Positions 37,412 through 48,992 of a stretch of DNA of 64,000 nt are shown in pieces (the stretch's first letter is position 1; the number at the start of each line of letters is the position of its first letter). The DNA comes from Mustelus asterias (lineage: Eukaryota). A program made the position numbers and the translations under genes. Location of the stretch: assembly GCF_964213995.1 (NCBI RefSeq), contig NW_027590121.1, positions 558,001-622,000 of the forward strand. Direction: 5' to 3'. The notes beneath the pieces were generated by a model. The model was not told the DNA's origin and searched no databases. It saw only the letters and a program-made list of their open reading frames with translations.

Positions 37412-38617
37412 ATGCTGACACGACAGCGAACTCGCAATAGTGAGAGTTCATTCACCTGCTCCGTGTGTGGGAAGAAATTCATGTGTTCTTCCAACCTGCT
37501 GGCTCACCAACTCAATCACATTATTCAGAAGCCTCTTCAAAGCTCTGACTCTGGGGAAAGCATTGAAACCTCTGAGGAACAGGCCCAACACCAGCTCCTT
37601 CACACTGACGAGAGACCGTTCAGCTGCTCCCACTGCGGGAAGAGGTTCAGCCAGTCCTCCCGCCTTGCAGAGCACCAGCTCCTTCACACACACGAGAGAC
37701 CGTTCAGCTGCTCCCACTGTGGGGAGTCGTTCAGCGACTCAGTGCATCTCACTGAGCACCAACAAGTTCACACCAAGTACAGGCCATTCAGCTGCTCCCA
37801 GTGTGGGAAGAGATTCACTCAGTCCTCCCACTGCACCGTTCACCAACAGATTCATTTTCAGAAGAGACATTTTAAATGCTTTAAATGTGAGAAGACCTTC
37901 AAAAAAAGGATTAGTCTGCTGAGACACCAGGGCACTCACACTGGGGAGAGGCCATACGTTTGCCCTGTGTGTGGGAAAACATTTACTTGTTTGCAGCATC
38001 TGCTGAGTCACCGGCCTATTCACACCGGGGAGAAGGCATTCATCTGCTCCGTGTGTGGGAAGGCTTTCACGGAGTCATCCAGCCTCTGGAGACACCGCCG
38101 CATTCACACAGGGGAGAAGCCGTTCTCCTGCTCCATTTGTGGCAAAAGATTTGCTCAGATTTCCTCCTGCAATCAACACCAACACATTCACTCTGATAAG
38201 AGACCTTTTCAATGCTCAGAATGCAATAAGACCTTTAAAAGAAGTGATGATCTGCTGAAACACAAACGCATTCACACCGGGGAGAGGCCGTTCCTGTGCT
38301 CTGTGTGTGGAAAGGGATTCGCTCAGTCGTCTGGCCTGCTGAGACACCAACGCATTCACACCGGGGAGAAGCCGTTCACCTGCTCTGTGTGTGGGAAGGG
38401 ATTCACTGATTCATCCTATATGCTGAAACACCAGCGAGTTCACACTGCGACAGAACCGTTCACCTGCTCCCTGTGTGGGAAGGGATTCACTGATCCATCC
38501 CGCCTGCAGAGACACCAGCGAGTTCACACTGGGGCAAAACCTTTCAACTGCTCCATGTGTGGGAAGGGATTTAATCAGTATTACAGCCTGCTGAAACATA
38601 GACGACTTCATGTGTGA
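37412..38617 (+). CDS. C2H2 zinc-finger protein, 13 intact plus 1 degenerate finger (ZNF-8, divergent member)
   Basis: Frame open from 37346; first ATG at 37412; acceptor TTTTGCAG at about 37228; true start uncertain. Confidence 0.85.
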   Translation: MLTRQRTRNSESSFTCSVCGKKFMCSSNLLAHQLNHIIQKPLQSSDSGESIETSEEQAQHQLLHTDERPFSCSHCGKRFSQSSRLAEHQLLHTHERPFSCSHCGESFSDSVHLTEHQQVHTKYRPFSCSQCGKRFTQSSHCTVHQQIHFQKRHFKCFKCEKTFKKRISLLRHQGTHTGERPYVCPVCGKTFTCLQHLLSHRPIHTGEKAFICSVCGKAFTESSSLWRHRRIHTGEKPFSCSICGKRFAQISSCNQHQHIHSDKRPFQCSECNKTFKRSDDLLKHKRIHTGERPFLCSVCGKGFAQSSGLLRHQRIHTGEKPFTCSVCGKGFTDSSYMLKHQRVHTATEPFTCSLCGKGFTDPSRLQRHQRVHTGAKPFNCSMCGKGFNQYYSLLKHRRLHV

Positions 38618-38681
38618 CCGGCAACGTTGGATTCTGTTGTTTCTGCGCCCTGAGATAAACAATAACAATTGGATGAATAGG

Positions 38682-39025
38682 GGAGGCAGCGGCACAGTGG
38701 AATTATCACTGGACTCAGGGTAAGGCTCTGGGGACCCAGGTTCGAATCCCACCACAGTCGATGGTGAAATTGGTATTCAATTAAAATCTTCAATTAAAAG
38801 TCTAATGACAAACCTCAACCTTTAATCAATTGTCGTAAAAACCCATTTGATTCAGTAACGCCCTTTAGAAAAGGAAACCTGCCGTCCTTACTTGGTCAGG
38901 CCTACATGTGTCTCCAGACCAGCAATGTGGTTGACTCTCAAATGCCCTCTGAAATGGAGGGCAGTTAGGGATGGGAACGAAATGCTGGCCCAGCAAGTGA
39001 CGTCTACATTCTGTAAAAATGAACT
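38682..39025 (+). mobile_element. Deu-domain (SacSINE1-like) SINE
   Basis: GGCACAGTGG..GGTTCGAATCCC head, core, GGGATGGG tail. Confidence 0.75.
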
Positions 39026-40563
39026 GAAAAAAGTTCCTCAGTATCTCAGTAACCTCCTCCAGCCCCACAACACTCTGTGTAAATACAAGTTGTTGATGAT
39101 TATGCCCTGAGATCGATAACGTGAACCCGATTCCCCTCGTCCGCCAACTTGGCAACTTCTTCACAAAAAGTAAAGCACATGGGATTGGGGCTGTTGTACT
39201 GAGATGGGTAGAAAACTGATTGGCAGACAGGAAACAAAGAGTAGGATTAAACGGATCTTTTTCCAACTGGCAGGCAGTGCCTATTTGGGTAACGCAGGAT
39301 CAGTGCTGGGGCCTCGGTTACTCACCTGCCATGGGTCTTGTTTTTTTCCCCCTGTTTATTACGCATCATTTTTAAATTGTTGCTTCCTAAGAATCTAATT
39401 TAAAACCATGGATAAGCTCAAACCACTTTAGGAAAATCTGTGACTCTCTGATCAAGAATCTTACTGACTACTGCACACCATTCTGGTCACCGTATTATTA
39501 AAAAAATATCCGGGCACTGGAAAGGGTGCAGAGAAGATTTTAATGATGAGATTTTAATGTAGAAGGCAGCTCACCACCACCTTCTCAAGGGCAATCAGGG
39601 ATTAGCCATAAATACTGGCCAAGCCAGCAATGCCCACATCCCATAAATGATTTTCAAAACGTGTGTGTTTTTTTTATCAGGAAAGGATTGACAGGCTAGT
39701 TCTTCTTTCTTGAGAAATGAAGGCTGAGGGGTAACCTGAGCAGAGGTCTTCAAAATTATAAAAGGTTTAGATCCAGAAATAGTGTTTCCTCTTGTGGGGA
39801 AGAGCAAAAAGTAAAGTTTTTATTTATTAGTCACAAGTAGGCTTAGATTAACACTGCAATGAAGTTACTGAGAAACTGGAGACAATCAATATAAAACAGT
39901 CACTAAGAAATCCAATAGGAAATCCAGGATAAATTTCTCTACAAAGAGTGGCGAGAATATGGAAATCACAACTACAGGGAGTGAAATGAACAGTATAGAT
40001 GTCTTTCAGGGGAATCTCAACAAGTACTTCTGAATGATTTTATAGTTCATTCAGGATTTATTTCAAAAAGACTAAAAACAATAAAGTGACAGGAGATAAT
40101 TTGCAGGGTGTGAGACTCTGTGTGTGAGGGTGTCTGTGAGTGAGTGTGTTGCTTTTCATTGGTGTCACAGAAACCTTCCTCTTTCTGAGCAGACAATCTG
40201 GCCCCTGAAATGATGTGAATTGTACAACTCAGAGATTCTCCATTCAGAATGACCATGTGCTGTGTAAAACCTGACATCTCCACAACCAGACGCCACTTCT
40301 CCTGGAACAACGTGAAGTGACTACAATTTTTTAGATTGATTTCTTTGCTCTCAATATTTTCTCAGTTCATAAGTTCATAAATTCCATCATTATCCTTGAA
40401 CACACCTATGGTCTCCACTTTAAATACTTCTCTCAGTCTTACCAACATATAGCAATTGGATTGTTGCTATGACAGGAACCAATTCTGTAAATCTGATTCC
40501 CACCAAACACCAACCCATATCCCCATCCGAGTTCCAGATTTTAATGAGATTTCTTAAAACACA

Positions 40564-40870
40564 GGCAGCCTGGCAGCACAGTGGTTAGCATTGCTGCCTC
40601 ACAGCGCCAGGAACCCGGGTTCAATTCATGCCTCAGCTGACTGTGTGGAGTCTGCACATTCTCCCTGTGTATGCGTGGGTTTCCTCCGGGTGCTCTTGTT
40701 TCCTCCCACACTCCAAAAATGTGCAGATGAGATTGATTGGCCATGCTAAATTGGCCCTTAGTGTCAGGGATAAGCAGGATAACTACATGGGTTACGGGGA
40801 TAGGGCTGGGGGTGGGATCATTGTTGGTATAGGCTCAATGACCTCCTTCTGCACTGTAGGGATTCTATAC
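40564..40870 (+). mobile_element. HE1/V-SINE-like SINE
   Basis: Head, central domain and tail present. Confidence 0.85.
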
Positions 40871-40999
40871 CCTCTGTACTATCATTACATTGGATCCAAT
40901 ACTGTGTTCACTAACACACTGCAGCCTGACTTATTATTGGAATAAACACTGTGTTTGTTACACTCAGAGTAAGTAATCTAAAGTAAATCAAGGCAATCC

Positions 41000-41093
41000 A
41001 TGACGAAGGGTCATCCAGACTCGAAACGTTGGCTGGAATCTCTCTCCACAGTTGCTGTCAGACCTGCTGAGGTTTTGCAGCATTTTCTGTTTT
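41000..41093 (+). mobile_element. Penelope terminal fragment
   Basis: TGACGAAGGGTCATCCAGACTCGAAACGTT plus tail. Confidence 0.7.
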
Positions 41094-41094
41094 G

Positions 41095-41698
41095 AAGTCA
41101 GTGCTTTGCTGTGTTGTCTCTGTGCCCCATCCCCATTCTGATTGTATTGGAGCCTGTGTGTGTCATTGTTACACTCCGAGTAAGTCAGTGCTTTGCTGTG
41201 TTGTCTCTGTGCTCCATCCCCACTCTGATTGTATTGGAGCCTGTGTGGGTCATTGTTACACTCAGAGTAAGTCAGTGCTTTGCTGTGTTGTCTCTGTGCT
41301 CCATCCCCACTCTGATTGTATTGGAGCCTGTGTGTGTCATTGTTACACTCAGAGTAAGTCAGTGCTTTGCTGTGTTGTCTCTGTGCTCCATCCCCATTCT
41401 GATTGTATTGGAGCCTGTGTGTGTCATTGTTACACTCAGAGTAAGTCAGTGCTTTGCTGTGTTGTCTCTGTGCTCCATCCCCACTCTGATTGTATTGGAG
41501 TCTGTGTGGGTCATTGTTACACTCAGAGTAAGTCAGTGCTTTGCTGTGTTGTCTCTGTGCTCCATCCCCACTCTGATTGTATTGGAGCCTGTGTGTGTCA
41601 TTGTTACACTCAGAGTAAGTCAGTGCTTTGCTGTGTTGTCTCTGTGCTCCATCCCCACTCTGATTGTATTGGAGCCTGTGTGTGTCATTGTTACACTG
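41095..41698. repeat. 87-bp minisatellite, 7 copies
   Basis: AAGTCAGTGCTTTGCTGTGTTGTCTCTGTG..CATTGTTACACTCAGAGT unit, very few variants; 29-aa periodicity in the ORF track. Confidence 0.95.
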
Positions 41699-41739
41699 AG
41701 ACTCTGTCACTGTGATTATTGGACAAACAGCAAGTCACC

Positions 41740-42087
41740 GTCACAATGCCCGGCTGATTGACGGCAGCGCGGACCAATGGGAAGAGAAGGGGCGCGGTTG
41801 GAGGTCCGAGCGGAGAGGCTGGTCCTCCAACCAATCACAGTGAATGAGGGGCGGGGCCCGTTCTGACTGGAGCATGCGCAGTGTGGATAATGGCGACGGA
41901 GACGGGCTGTTTTTTCGGCTCGGAGATAGATTAGCGGTGATTGACGGTACGGAGGGGGCGAGGGATCTCGAGGGTGGACGGAAACGCTGCGGAAGCAGGT
42001 TGTGTAAGCGGTGAACCTCGGTAAAGAGCTTCACGGACCCAGTTTGCACCGAGCGGTACCGCAGCTCCTCATGTTCGGGCCGCGTTC
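41740..42087 (+). promoter_or_regulatory. CpG-rich promoter/exon 1 of ZNF-9
   Basis: Paralogous to 32957-33050 with a single CCAAT/GC unit; GCATGCGCA motif. Confidence 0.65.
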
Positions 42088-42198
42088 ACAACACCAGGTT
42101 AAAGTCCAACAGGTTTATTTGGTCGCAGAAGCCACGGGCTTTCGGAGCGCTGCCCCTTCATCAGGTGAGTGGGAGTTCTGTTCACAAACAGGGCATAT
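42088..42198 (-). mobile_element. Penelope (second family) terminus with hammerhead core
   Basis: Matches 55134-55243 and the reverse complement of 48870-48980; minus strand CTGATGA-AGGGGCAGCGCTCC-GAAA. Confidence 0.75.
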
Positions 42199-42199
42199 T

Positions 42200-43551
42200 G
42201 GGGCGGCACGGTAGCACAGTGGTTAGCACTGCTGCTTCACAGCTCCAGGGTCCCGGGTTCGATTCCCGGCTCGGGTCACTGTCTGTGTGGAGTTTGCACA
42301 TTCTCCTTCCGACCACCCTGCAGGAGTTGCCCGTCTTTTACCAGGACCTCCTCACTGTCTGGAACAAGGTCGCCTCGCGACGCAGCTCTCCCCCGTCAGG
42401 AATCTGCTCCTCCAGCCGTATGACTTCAGGTGGCTGGCGGAGAGGAGGGCTGTGGACGCCGGGGTGACCAGAATCGGGGACGTGCTCGATGGCGGAGGAG
42501 CGGGCTGGATGAGTCCCCACGTGCTGGCTGAGCGCGCGGGGACGTCCGTCTGGCGCGCGGCCAAAGCCATCCTAGACCTTAGGACGGTCGTGCTCGGCCC
42601 CGAAACTGCACGCAAACTTGAGACGGCGCAGGCGTGCGGTGGGATCCCGCCCGAGCGTTCCCCTGTTCGGGCGGAATTCCACATTGGCCCAAAGCCTCAG
42701 CCCCCTCCCCTGGGTGAGGTGCCCCACAGCCTGAGCCGCCTCGCGGAAATGCCCTCCGTGCCTTTTTCTACCGCGCGGAGGCGTTTCCTGTGCGGGCTGC
42801 TGCTGCACACCTTCCACTACCGCCTCCTCGCCTGTCGCCCGGATACACCTTGGCGGGCCTTGTTGCCGCCGGGCGGCGGAGGTCCCCGCTGGAGGTCCCT
42901 CTACGGAGGGATCTCCCCCAATTACGTCGGGGACCTGGGGTGGAGGGTGATGCATGCAGCAGTTCCGCACAACCGTAGGGTTCACTGGTTCACGGGCTCC
43001 GAAGACTGCCCTTTCTGCGGCCTTGTGGAGTCCGTGGACCATGTCTTTGTTGTGTGTCTTAGGCTGCACTCCCTTTATGTTTTCCCGAAGAACCTTTTGT
43101 TGATGTTTTGTCTGCACTTCAGTCCCACGCTCCTGATCTACGGACACCCGGTGCGGAGAGGGGAGGGTCGGGATGGCGACCTCCTCGTGAACCTGCTCCT
43201 GGGCCTGGCGAAACGCGCCATTTACCGGTCCAGGCTGCGGGCGATCGAGGGGGCCGTCCATCCTGACTGTCTTCCCCTCTACCGCGGCTACGTTCGCGGC
43301 CAGGTGTCCCTGGAGAGGGAGCATGCGGTGTCCACGGGCGAGGTTGACGCTTTCCGCGCCCGCTGGGCACCGCAGGGGTTGGGGTGCATTATTGACCCCA
43401 ATAATCACATTTTAATTTGATGTTTTTAAGTTTCCTTTGTACTTTGATTTCTGTTAGGGCTGTTCCCCCTCCTTTTTGGGGAGCTGCCCCTTTTACTTTG
43501 TCCTGATTTAATCTGAGTTTGTTTACTTGGTTTGGTTTGACCTAAAAAGAG
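42200..43551 (+). mobile_element. Chimera: V-SINE head (42200-42307) plus Tx1-like LINE ORF2 C-terminus and 3' UTR
   Basis: LPVFYQDLL..W, DLGWRVMH, CPFCGLVESVDHVFVVC zinc knuckle, LLLGLAKRAIYRSR typical of Tx1/L1 ORF2 ends; AGGGCATAT on both flanks. Confidence 0.85.
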
Positions 43552-44672
43552 GGCATATATGCAACAAGGCGCATGCGCAGCCGGCATCGTTTTCGGGGGT
43601 AATATTGTCATTGACTGGGAGGAGCTTGTTCCCCAGTGTTCAGAATGGAGACAACTTGTCCATCAAACTGCATCAACCCTCTGAGTCCCAATGTCTTATT
43701 GATGAGGCAGAGCGGTGGCAGAGAAGGAAAGAAAGGGAAAGAGCTTTGACAAAGGGTCATCTGGCCTCAACGTCAGCTCTTTTCTCTCCTCACAGACGCT
43801 GCCAGACCGGCTGAGATTTTCCAGCATTTTCTCTTTTGGAAAGGGAAATAAATTCTGCTTTCCAGATCCCACTATATCATGGGATGTTTTTCCCATTCAT
43901 CTTCTGTTCCACCATCCTCATAGGTAGCGAGTTCCAGATCATGTGCTCTCCCTACCCAAGTATAAATCTTCCTCAAATCCCTGCTCTATCACTCTGCAAA
44001 TAATGTCCTGTATATTACACTTTTATCCAGTATTATAGATATCTGTCTGGCAGTCTGCATGGAGATTTTCAGCTCCCTGTGTCCAGGACAGGAAGCAGTG
44101 AGCATGGATCTGTCAATCAGCCTCAATCAGCACCTTCAGGAGAATTGGGAGGGTGAATATTAGACACAGCAGAGTGAGAATGGAGAGAGAGTGTGTGGGA
44201 TGGAGATTCACAGCTTTTGGGGAATGAGAGAGGAAAGAATGTTCCATAGAAACTTGAACTGTCTGTTCTGAATTTCTATCTTGTACTGACATTGATGACT
44301 TTTGTAAATTCCTTTTACAGGATATTAGAAGGTGAGGATTTACAGACAGAAATCTCAAACCAAACGTCACATCAATATCTGACAGAGTCCTCAATTCGTC
44401 GGGATCTGAATATTATCGACCTTTGAATCCAGAATGGAAATGTTTCTCTGTTCTGTCTGCTTCAGGAGATTTTAAATTTCAGTGTGACTGGAAAAGCACC
44501 AAGGCACACACCCGAGTGAGAGTGTTCCAGTGCACTGAGTGTGGAAAGAGCTTTAACCAGTTACACAGCCTGAAAATACATCGCAGCATTCACAGCGGGG
44601 AGAGACTGTACCGGGTTCTGTGTGAGATTTAACTGATTGTTTAACCTGGAGAGTCACAAGGACACCCGCACC

Positions 44673-45518
44673 ATGGAGAAACTGTGGAAATGTGGGGAAT
44701 GTGGGAAAGGATTCAGTTTTCCATCTCAGCTGGAAATTCATCGACGCAGTCACACTGGGGAGAGACCGTTCACCTGCTCTGTGTGTGGGAAGGGATACAC
44801 TCAGATAATTGATTTACAGAGACACCAGCGAGTTCACACTGGGGAGAGGCCATTTACTTGCTCTGAGTGTGGGAAAGGATTCACTCGGTTATCCAGTCTG
44901 CAGAGAGACCATCAATTTCACACTGGGGAGAGACCTTTCATCTGCTCTGTGTGTGGGAAGGGATTCACTCAGTTAATTGATTTGCAGAGCCATCAGCGAG
45001 TTCACACTGGGGAGAGGCCGTTCACTTGCTCTGTGTGTGGGAAAGGATTCAGTGTGGCATCAGGCCTGCGGAGACACCAGTTAGTTCACACTGGGGAGAG
45101 GCCGTTCACATGCTCTGTGTGTGGGAAAGGATTCAGTCAGTTGCCCTACTTGTTGAGGCACAATGTCACTCACACCCAAGAGAGACCCTTTAAATGCTCT
45201 GACTGTGGGAGGGATTTCAAAAGCTCTCAGCTAATGATGTCCCACCAGCGAATTCACACTGAGGAGAGACCGTTCAGCTGCTCTCACTGCACAAAGAGAT
45301 TCAGATCATCATCTGCCCTGCGGACACACCAGCGAGTTCACACTGGGGAGAGGCCATTCCCCTGCACCGTGTGTGGGAAGGGATTCACTCAGTCATCCCG
45401 ACTGCAGAAACACCAGCGAGTTCACACTGGGGAGAGGCCATTCCCCTGCACCGTGTGTGGGAAGGGATTCACTCAGTCATCCCGACTGCAGACACACCAG
45501 CGAGTTCACAAGTCATAG
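44673..45518 (+). CDS. C2H2 zinc-finger protein, 10 fingers (ZNF-9)
   Basis: ACCATGG start MEKLWKC; acceptor TTTTACAG|GATATTAG at 44320; stop supplied by an antisense CR1 tail. Confidence 0.87.
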   Translation: MEKLWKCGECGKGFSFPSQLEIHRRSHTGERPFTCSVCGKGYTQIIDLQRHQRVHTGERPFTCSECGKGFTRLSSLQRDHQFHTGERPFICSVCGKGFTQLIDLQSHQRVHTGERPFTCSVCGKGFSVASGLRRHQLVHTGERPFTCSVCGKGFSQLPYLLRHNVTHTQERPFKCSDCGRDFKSSQLMMSHQRIHTEERPFSCSHCTKRFRSSSALRTHQRVHTGERPFPCTVCGKGFTQSSRLQKHQRVHTGERPFPCTVCGKGFTQSSRLQTHQRVHKS

Positions 45519-46072
45519 AGTCATACAGTACAGAAGAGGCCTTTCAGCCCATCGAGTCTGCACTGACAAAACTATACTAAATTTACACTCATCCATTTTC
45601 CAGCACTTGGCTGATGGTGTTTGAACTGTCAAAACATTCAAGTGCTCATCCGTGCGCTTTTTAAAGGTTGTGAGGTTTCCTGCCTCCACTCCCCTCCCAG
45701 ACAGTAAATTCCAGACTCCCACCACCCTCTGGGTGAAAACATTTTTCTTCAAATCCCCCAAAACCTCCTGCCCCTCACCTTAAAATGATGCCCCCTCGTT
45801 ATGGACCCTTCAACTAAGAGGAACAGCTGCTTCCTATCCACCCTGTCCATACCCCTCACAATCTTATACACCTCAATCATGTCCCCCCTCAGCCTTCTCT
45901 GCTCGAAAGAAGACAATCCAAGCCTATCGAGTCTCTCTTAGAACAATGTGGTTGACAATGTGGTTGTCTCTCCTTATAGCTCAGCTGCTCCATCCCAGGC
46001 AACATCCTGGTGAACCTCCTCTGCACCCCCTCCAGTGCAATCACATCCTTCCTATGGTGAGGCGATCAGAAT
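45513..46072 (-). mobile_element. CR1 LINE 3' fragment
   Basis: KKNVFTQRVVGVWN motif and tail TCATAGAGTCATAC (reverse). Confidence 0.85.
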
Positions 46073-46299
46073 GAGTACAAACTGGGGTCAAGCAGGGCTG
46101 CGTCATCGCACCAACATTCATCCCCACCTTCCCCGCAGCAACTCTCCACCCCAGCACCATGAAGCTTCCCACTGCAGTCGAGCTAACTGACTGGACCAGT
46201 GGGAAACTTTCAATCTCCGACCCCTCCAGGCCAGAACCAAGAACCAGCCCAGCCTCAGTCATCGGGCTGCAGTACGCAGACTCTAAGGGGGGTGGAGGG

Positions 46300-46628
46300 G
46301 AGGTGATGGCCCAGTGGGTATTATTGCTAGACTATTAATCCAGAAATTCAGCGAATGTTCTGGGGGTCTGGGTTCGAATCCCGCCACAGCAGATGGTGGA
46401 ATTTGAATTCAATTTTTTAAAAAGTTAAGAACCTACTGATTATCATGAAACCATTGTCGATTGTCGGAAAAACCCATCTGGTTCACCAGTGCCCTTTAGG
46501 GAAGGAAATCTGCTGCCCTTACCTGGCCTGGCCTACATGTGACTCCAGAGCCACAGCAATGTGGTTGTCTCTCGAATGCCCTACAAGGGCAACTCGGATG
46601 GCAATAAATGTCCCATAAATGAATGAAG
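46300..46628 (+). mobile_element. Deu-domain SINE nested in RTE
   Basis: GGTTCGAATCCC, CCCTTTAGGGAAGGAAATCTG core. Confidence 0.75.
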
Positions 46629-46637
46629 AAAATGCCT

Positions 46638-47035
46638 ATTTGATTTGATTTATTATTGACACGTATTAGTACACAGTGAAGAGGATTATTTCTTGCACGC
46701 GATACAGAAAAACCATAAAGTACATAAGGAAGGAAATGAGAGAGTGCAGAATGTTACAATCATAGCTGGAGTGCAGAGAAACATCAACTTAATGCGAGGT
46801 AGGTCCATTCAAAAGTTTGATGGCAGCAGGGAAGAAGCTGTTCTTGACTCGGTTGGTTCGTGTCCTCAGACTTTTGTTTCTTTTTCCCTGATGGAAGAAG
46901 GTGGAAGAGAGAATGTCCGGGTGCGTGGGGTCCTTAATTATGCTGGCTGCTTTTCCGAAGCAGTGGGAAGTGTCGACAGTGTCAATGGATGGGAGGCTGG
47001 TTTGAACGATGGACTGATCTTCGTTCACGACCTGA
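46638..47035 (-). mobile_element. Rex1/Babar LINE 3' end
   Basis: IIKDPTHP..SLRTRTNRVKNSFFPAAIKLLN C-terminus; (CAAAT)n tail. Confidence 0.75.
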
Positions 47036-47720
47036 GTGAGTCTGTGCGCACACTCAGAGGTTGATCAAGGGCATTTTTACAGTAACTTCATTGCAGTGTT
47101 AATGTAAGCCCACTTGTGACACTAATCAAAAAGCTTAAACTCATCAACATATTCACTGAGACATATGAGAGAATGGGCCTCAGACTAAACATCTGGGAAA
47201 CTAAGGTTCTCTACCAGCCCACTCCTGCTCCCCCTCCCCGACCCATCAAGATCCACAGTGAGCCCCTGGGTAACGTGGATCATTCCCCACACCTCAGGAG
47301 CCTCCTGTCGGCACGGGCAGACATCGACGATGAAATCCAGCATCGACTCCAATGGGCCAGTGCAGGCTTCGGACGCCTGAGGAACAGAGTTCAAAGCCCG
47401 AGACCTCAAATCCAGCACCAAGCTCATGGTCTGCAGAGCAGCCGTGGTCCCTGCCCTCCTGTATCCATCAGAAACATGGACAATGTACAGCAGACACCTC
47501 AAATCCCTGGAGAGATGTCACCAACGTTGCCTCCACAAAATCCTGCAAATCCACTGGCAGGATAGGCTTACCACCGTGAGTGTCCTCTCCCAGGCCAATA
47601 TCCCCAGTATCGAGGCACTGGTCACACTCGACCAGCTGTGATGGGCGGGCCACATTGTCCGCAAGCCCCAGACAAGACTCCTGAAACAAGTGCTGTACTC
47701 CGAGCTCCGCAATGGCAAGC

Positions 47721-48612
47721 TGTTGGAGAAAATTCCTAATAGTTTGGAGAAATGTTAAACCATGAGGCATCTCAGACACGAACAGAACTACCAGCATTGA
47801 GTTAAATGACTAAATCAGACTGAGAAGCTAACAAGGGAACAGTCTACACACATGTGAACACAGTAAGAGATTTAAACAAGTAATTCTGATTTAAACATGA
47901 ATTTTCTGAATTTAAAATGTATGTGAGCTGTATTTTTAAAAGCAATTGTAAACTTTAGCCAAAGGCAGGCTGCTGCAAGGCATGATGGTACAGAACACTG
48001 ACAGACAGGCTACATTCTTCGGAACAATGCAGTCACAGAATGTGACAACCTTTATTCAGGAAGTTTCCAACAAAGTTTCTAAAGGCAGCTTCATGAATAT
48101 GATTGATTCACACTGGCCAGACAAGACAGTGTCTTCTCAGACGTGAAAACGTGCATTTGTCTGGTTTGGCCAGTGACGGAATAAGAGCTGATTGGAACAT
48201 TAACTTTGACCTTTGTAGCTAAGCTTCTGGGGTTGCTCAGCAACAAGGGGAAGCAGAGTCAGCAATAGGGGGAGGAAGTGTCCGGATTCTACGGACCAAT
48301 GAAATCCCATTATGTCAGAGGGTAAAATGCAATTGGTTAAAGTATATGACGTGTAATTAATGATTGATTTGTATTGAAAATGATTGGTTTACACCTGATG
48401 AAAGGCAGGAGAATTGATATGAAGAATGTATTATTGATCTATCCTAATGATTGTCTGTCAGAGTTATTAGATCAGGATGCTTCTCTTCCAGAGCAGGATT
48501 AACACTGTCCAATAATTTCTCCCTTCAATCGTTGGTCAAATAAAAGATAAGTCTTTAAACTGGGATACTGGCTTTCATGAGTCTTTGTATTGTCTGAAGG
48601 TTTTGGCAATAC
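47721..48612 (+). mobile_element. Possible solo LTR
   Basis: Begins TG at the RTE break; contains CCAAT and AATAAA (about 48539); no clear CA end or TSD. Confidence 0.3.
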
Positions 48613-48729
48613 CTGGTCTCCAACGGTAATGTACCCAGTGTGTTTTGGGAATGAACTCAGAAGAATCATTCAGCACTCAAGCCTGATTCAATTGACAAAC
48701 AGTTTATTGAGTTATGCCAGTGGGGAGAA

Positions 48730-48992
48730 GTTTGCCTGTCTGGAGACAATACACATCTCTTTAACCTGTGCTTCATGCTCCGTCCACTCACATTGTCTGT
48801 ATCTTTAAGATCTGGTTGGCTGTAGAGATTCACATTCTAATCAGTATTCTGTAACTTGATTTTGTGTCTATGTGCCCTGTTTGAGAGCAGATTTCCACTC
48901 CATCTGACGAAGGAGCAGCGCTCTGAAAGCTAATGGCATTTGCGACCAAATAAACCTGTTGGACTTTAACCTGGTGTTGTTAAAACTCTTAC
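48730..48992 (+). mobile_element. Penelope (second family) 3' terminus
   Basis: Reverse complement of 55120-55370; contains a hammerhead motif. Confidence 0.75.
48900..48936 (+). ncRNA. Minimal type I hammerhead ribozyme motif
   Basis: CCAT-CTGACGA-A-GGAGC agc GCTCT-GAAA-GCTA-ATGG: stem I CCAT/ATGG, stem II, palindromic AGCT stem III, CUA cleavage triplet. Confidence 0.6.

Larger units (their letters stand above)
46075..47720 (+). mobile_element. RTE (BovB-like) LINE remnant interrupted by nested elements
   Basis: TGVKQGCVIAP at 46081; GLRLNIWETKVL..IDDEIQHRL..ASAGFGRL..LLYPSETW at 47140-47700. Confidence 0.8.

Noticed and set aside
40988-41761. 200+ aa ORFs in three frames; CRISPR-like periodicity
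   Set aside because: An 87-bp unit lacking stops; no unique spacers and a eukaryotic context
42572-43408. 278-aa antisense ORF
   Set aside because: Shadow of the GC-rich Tx1 ORF2
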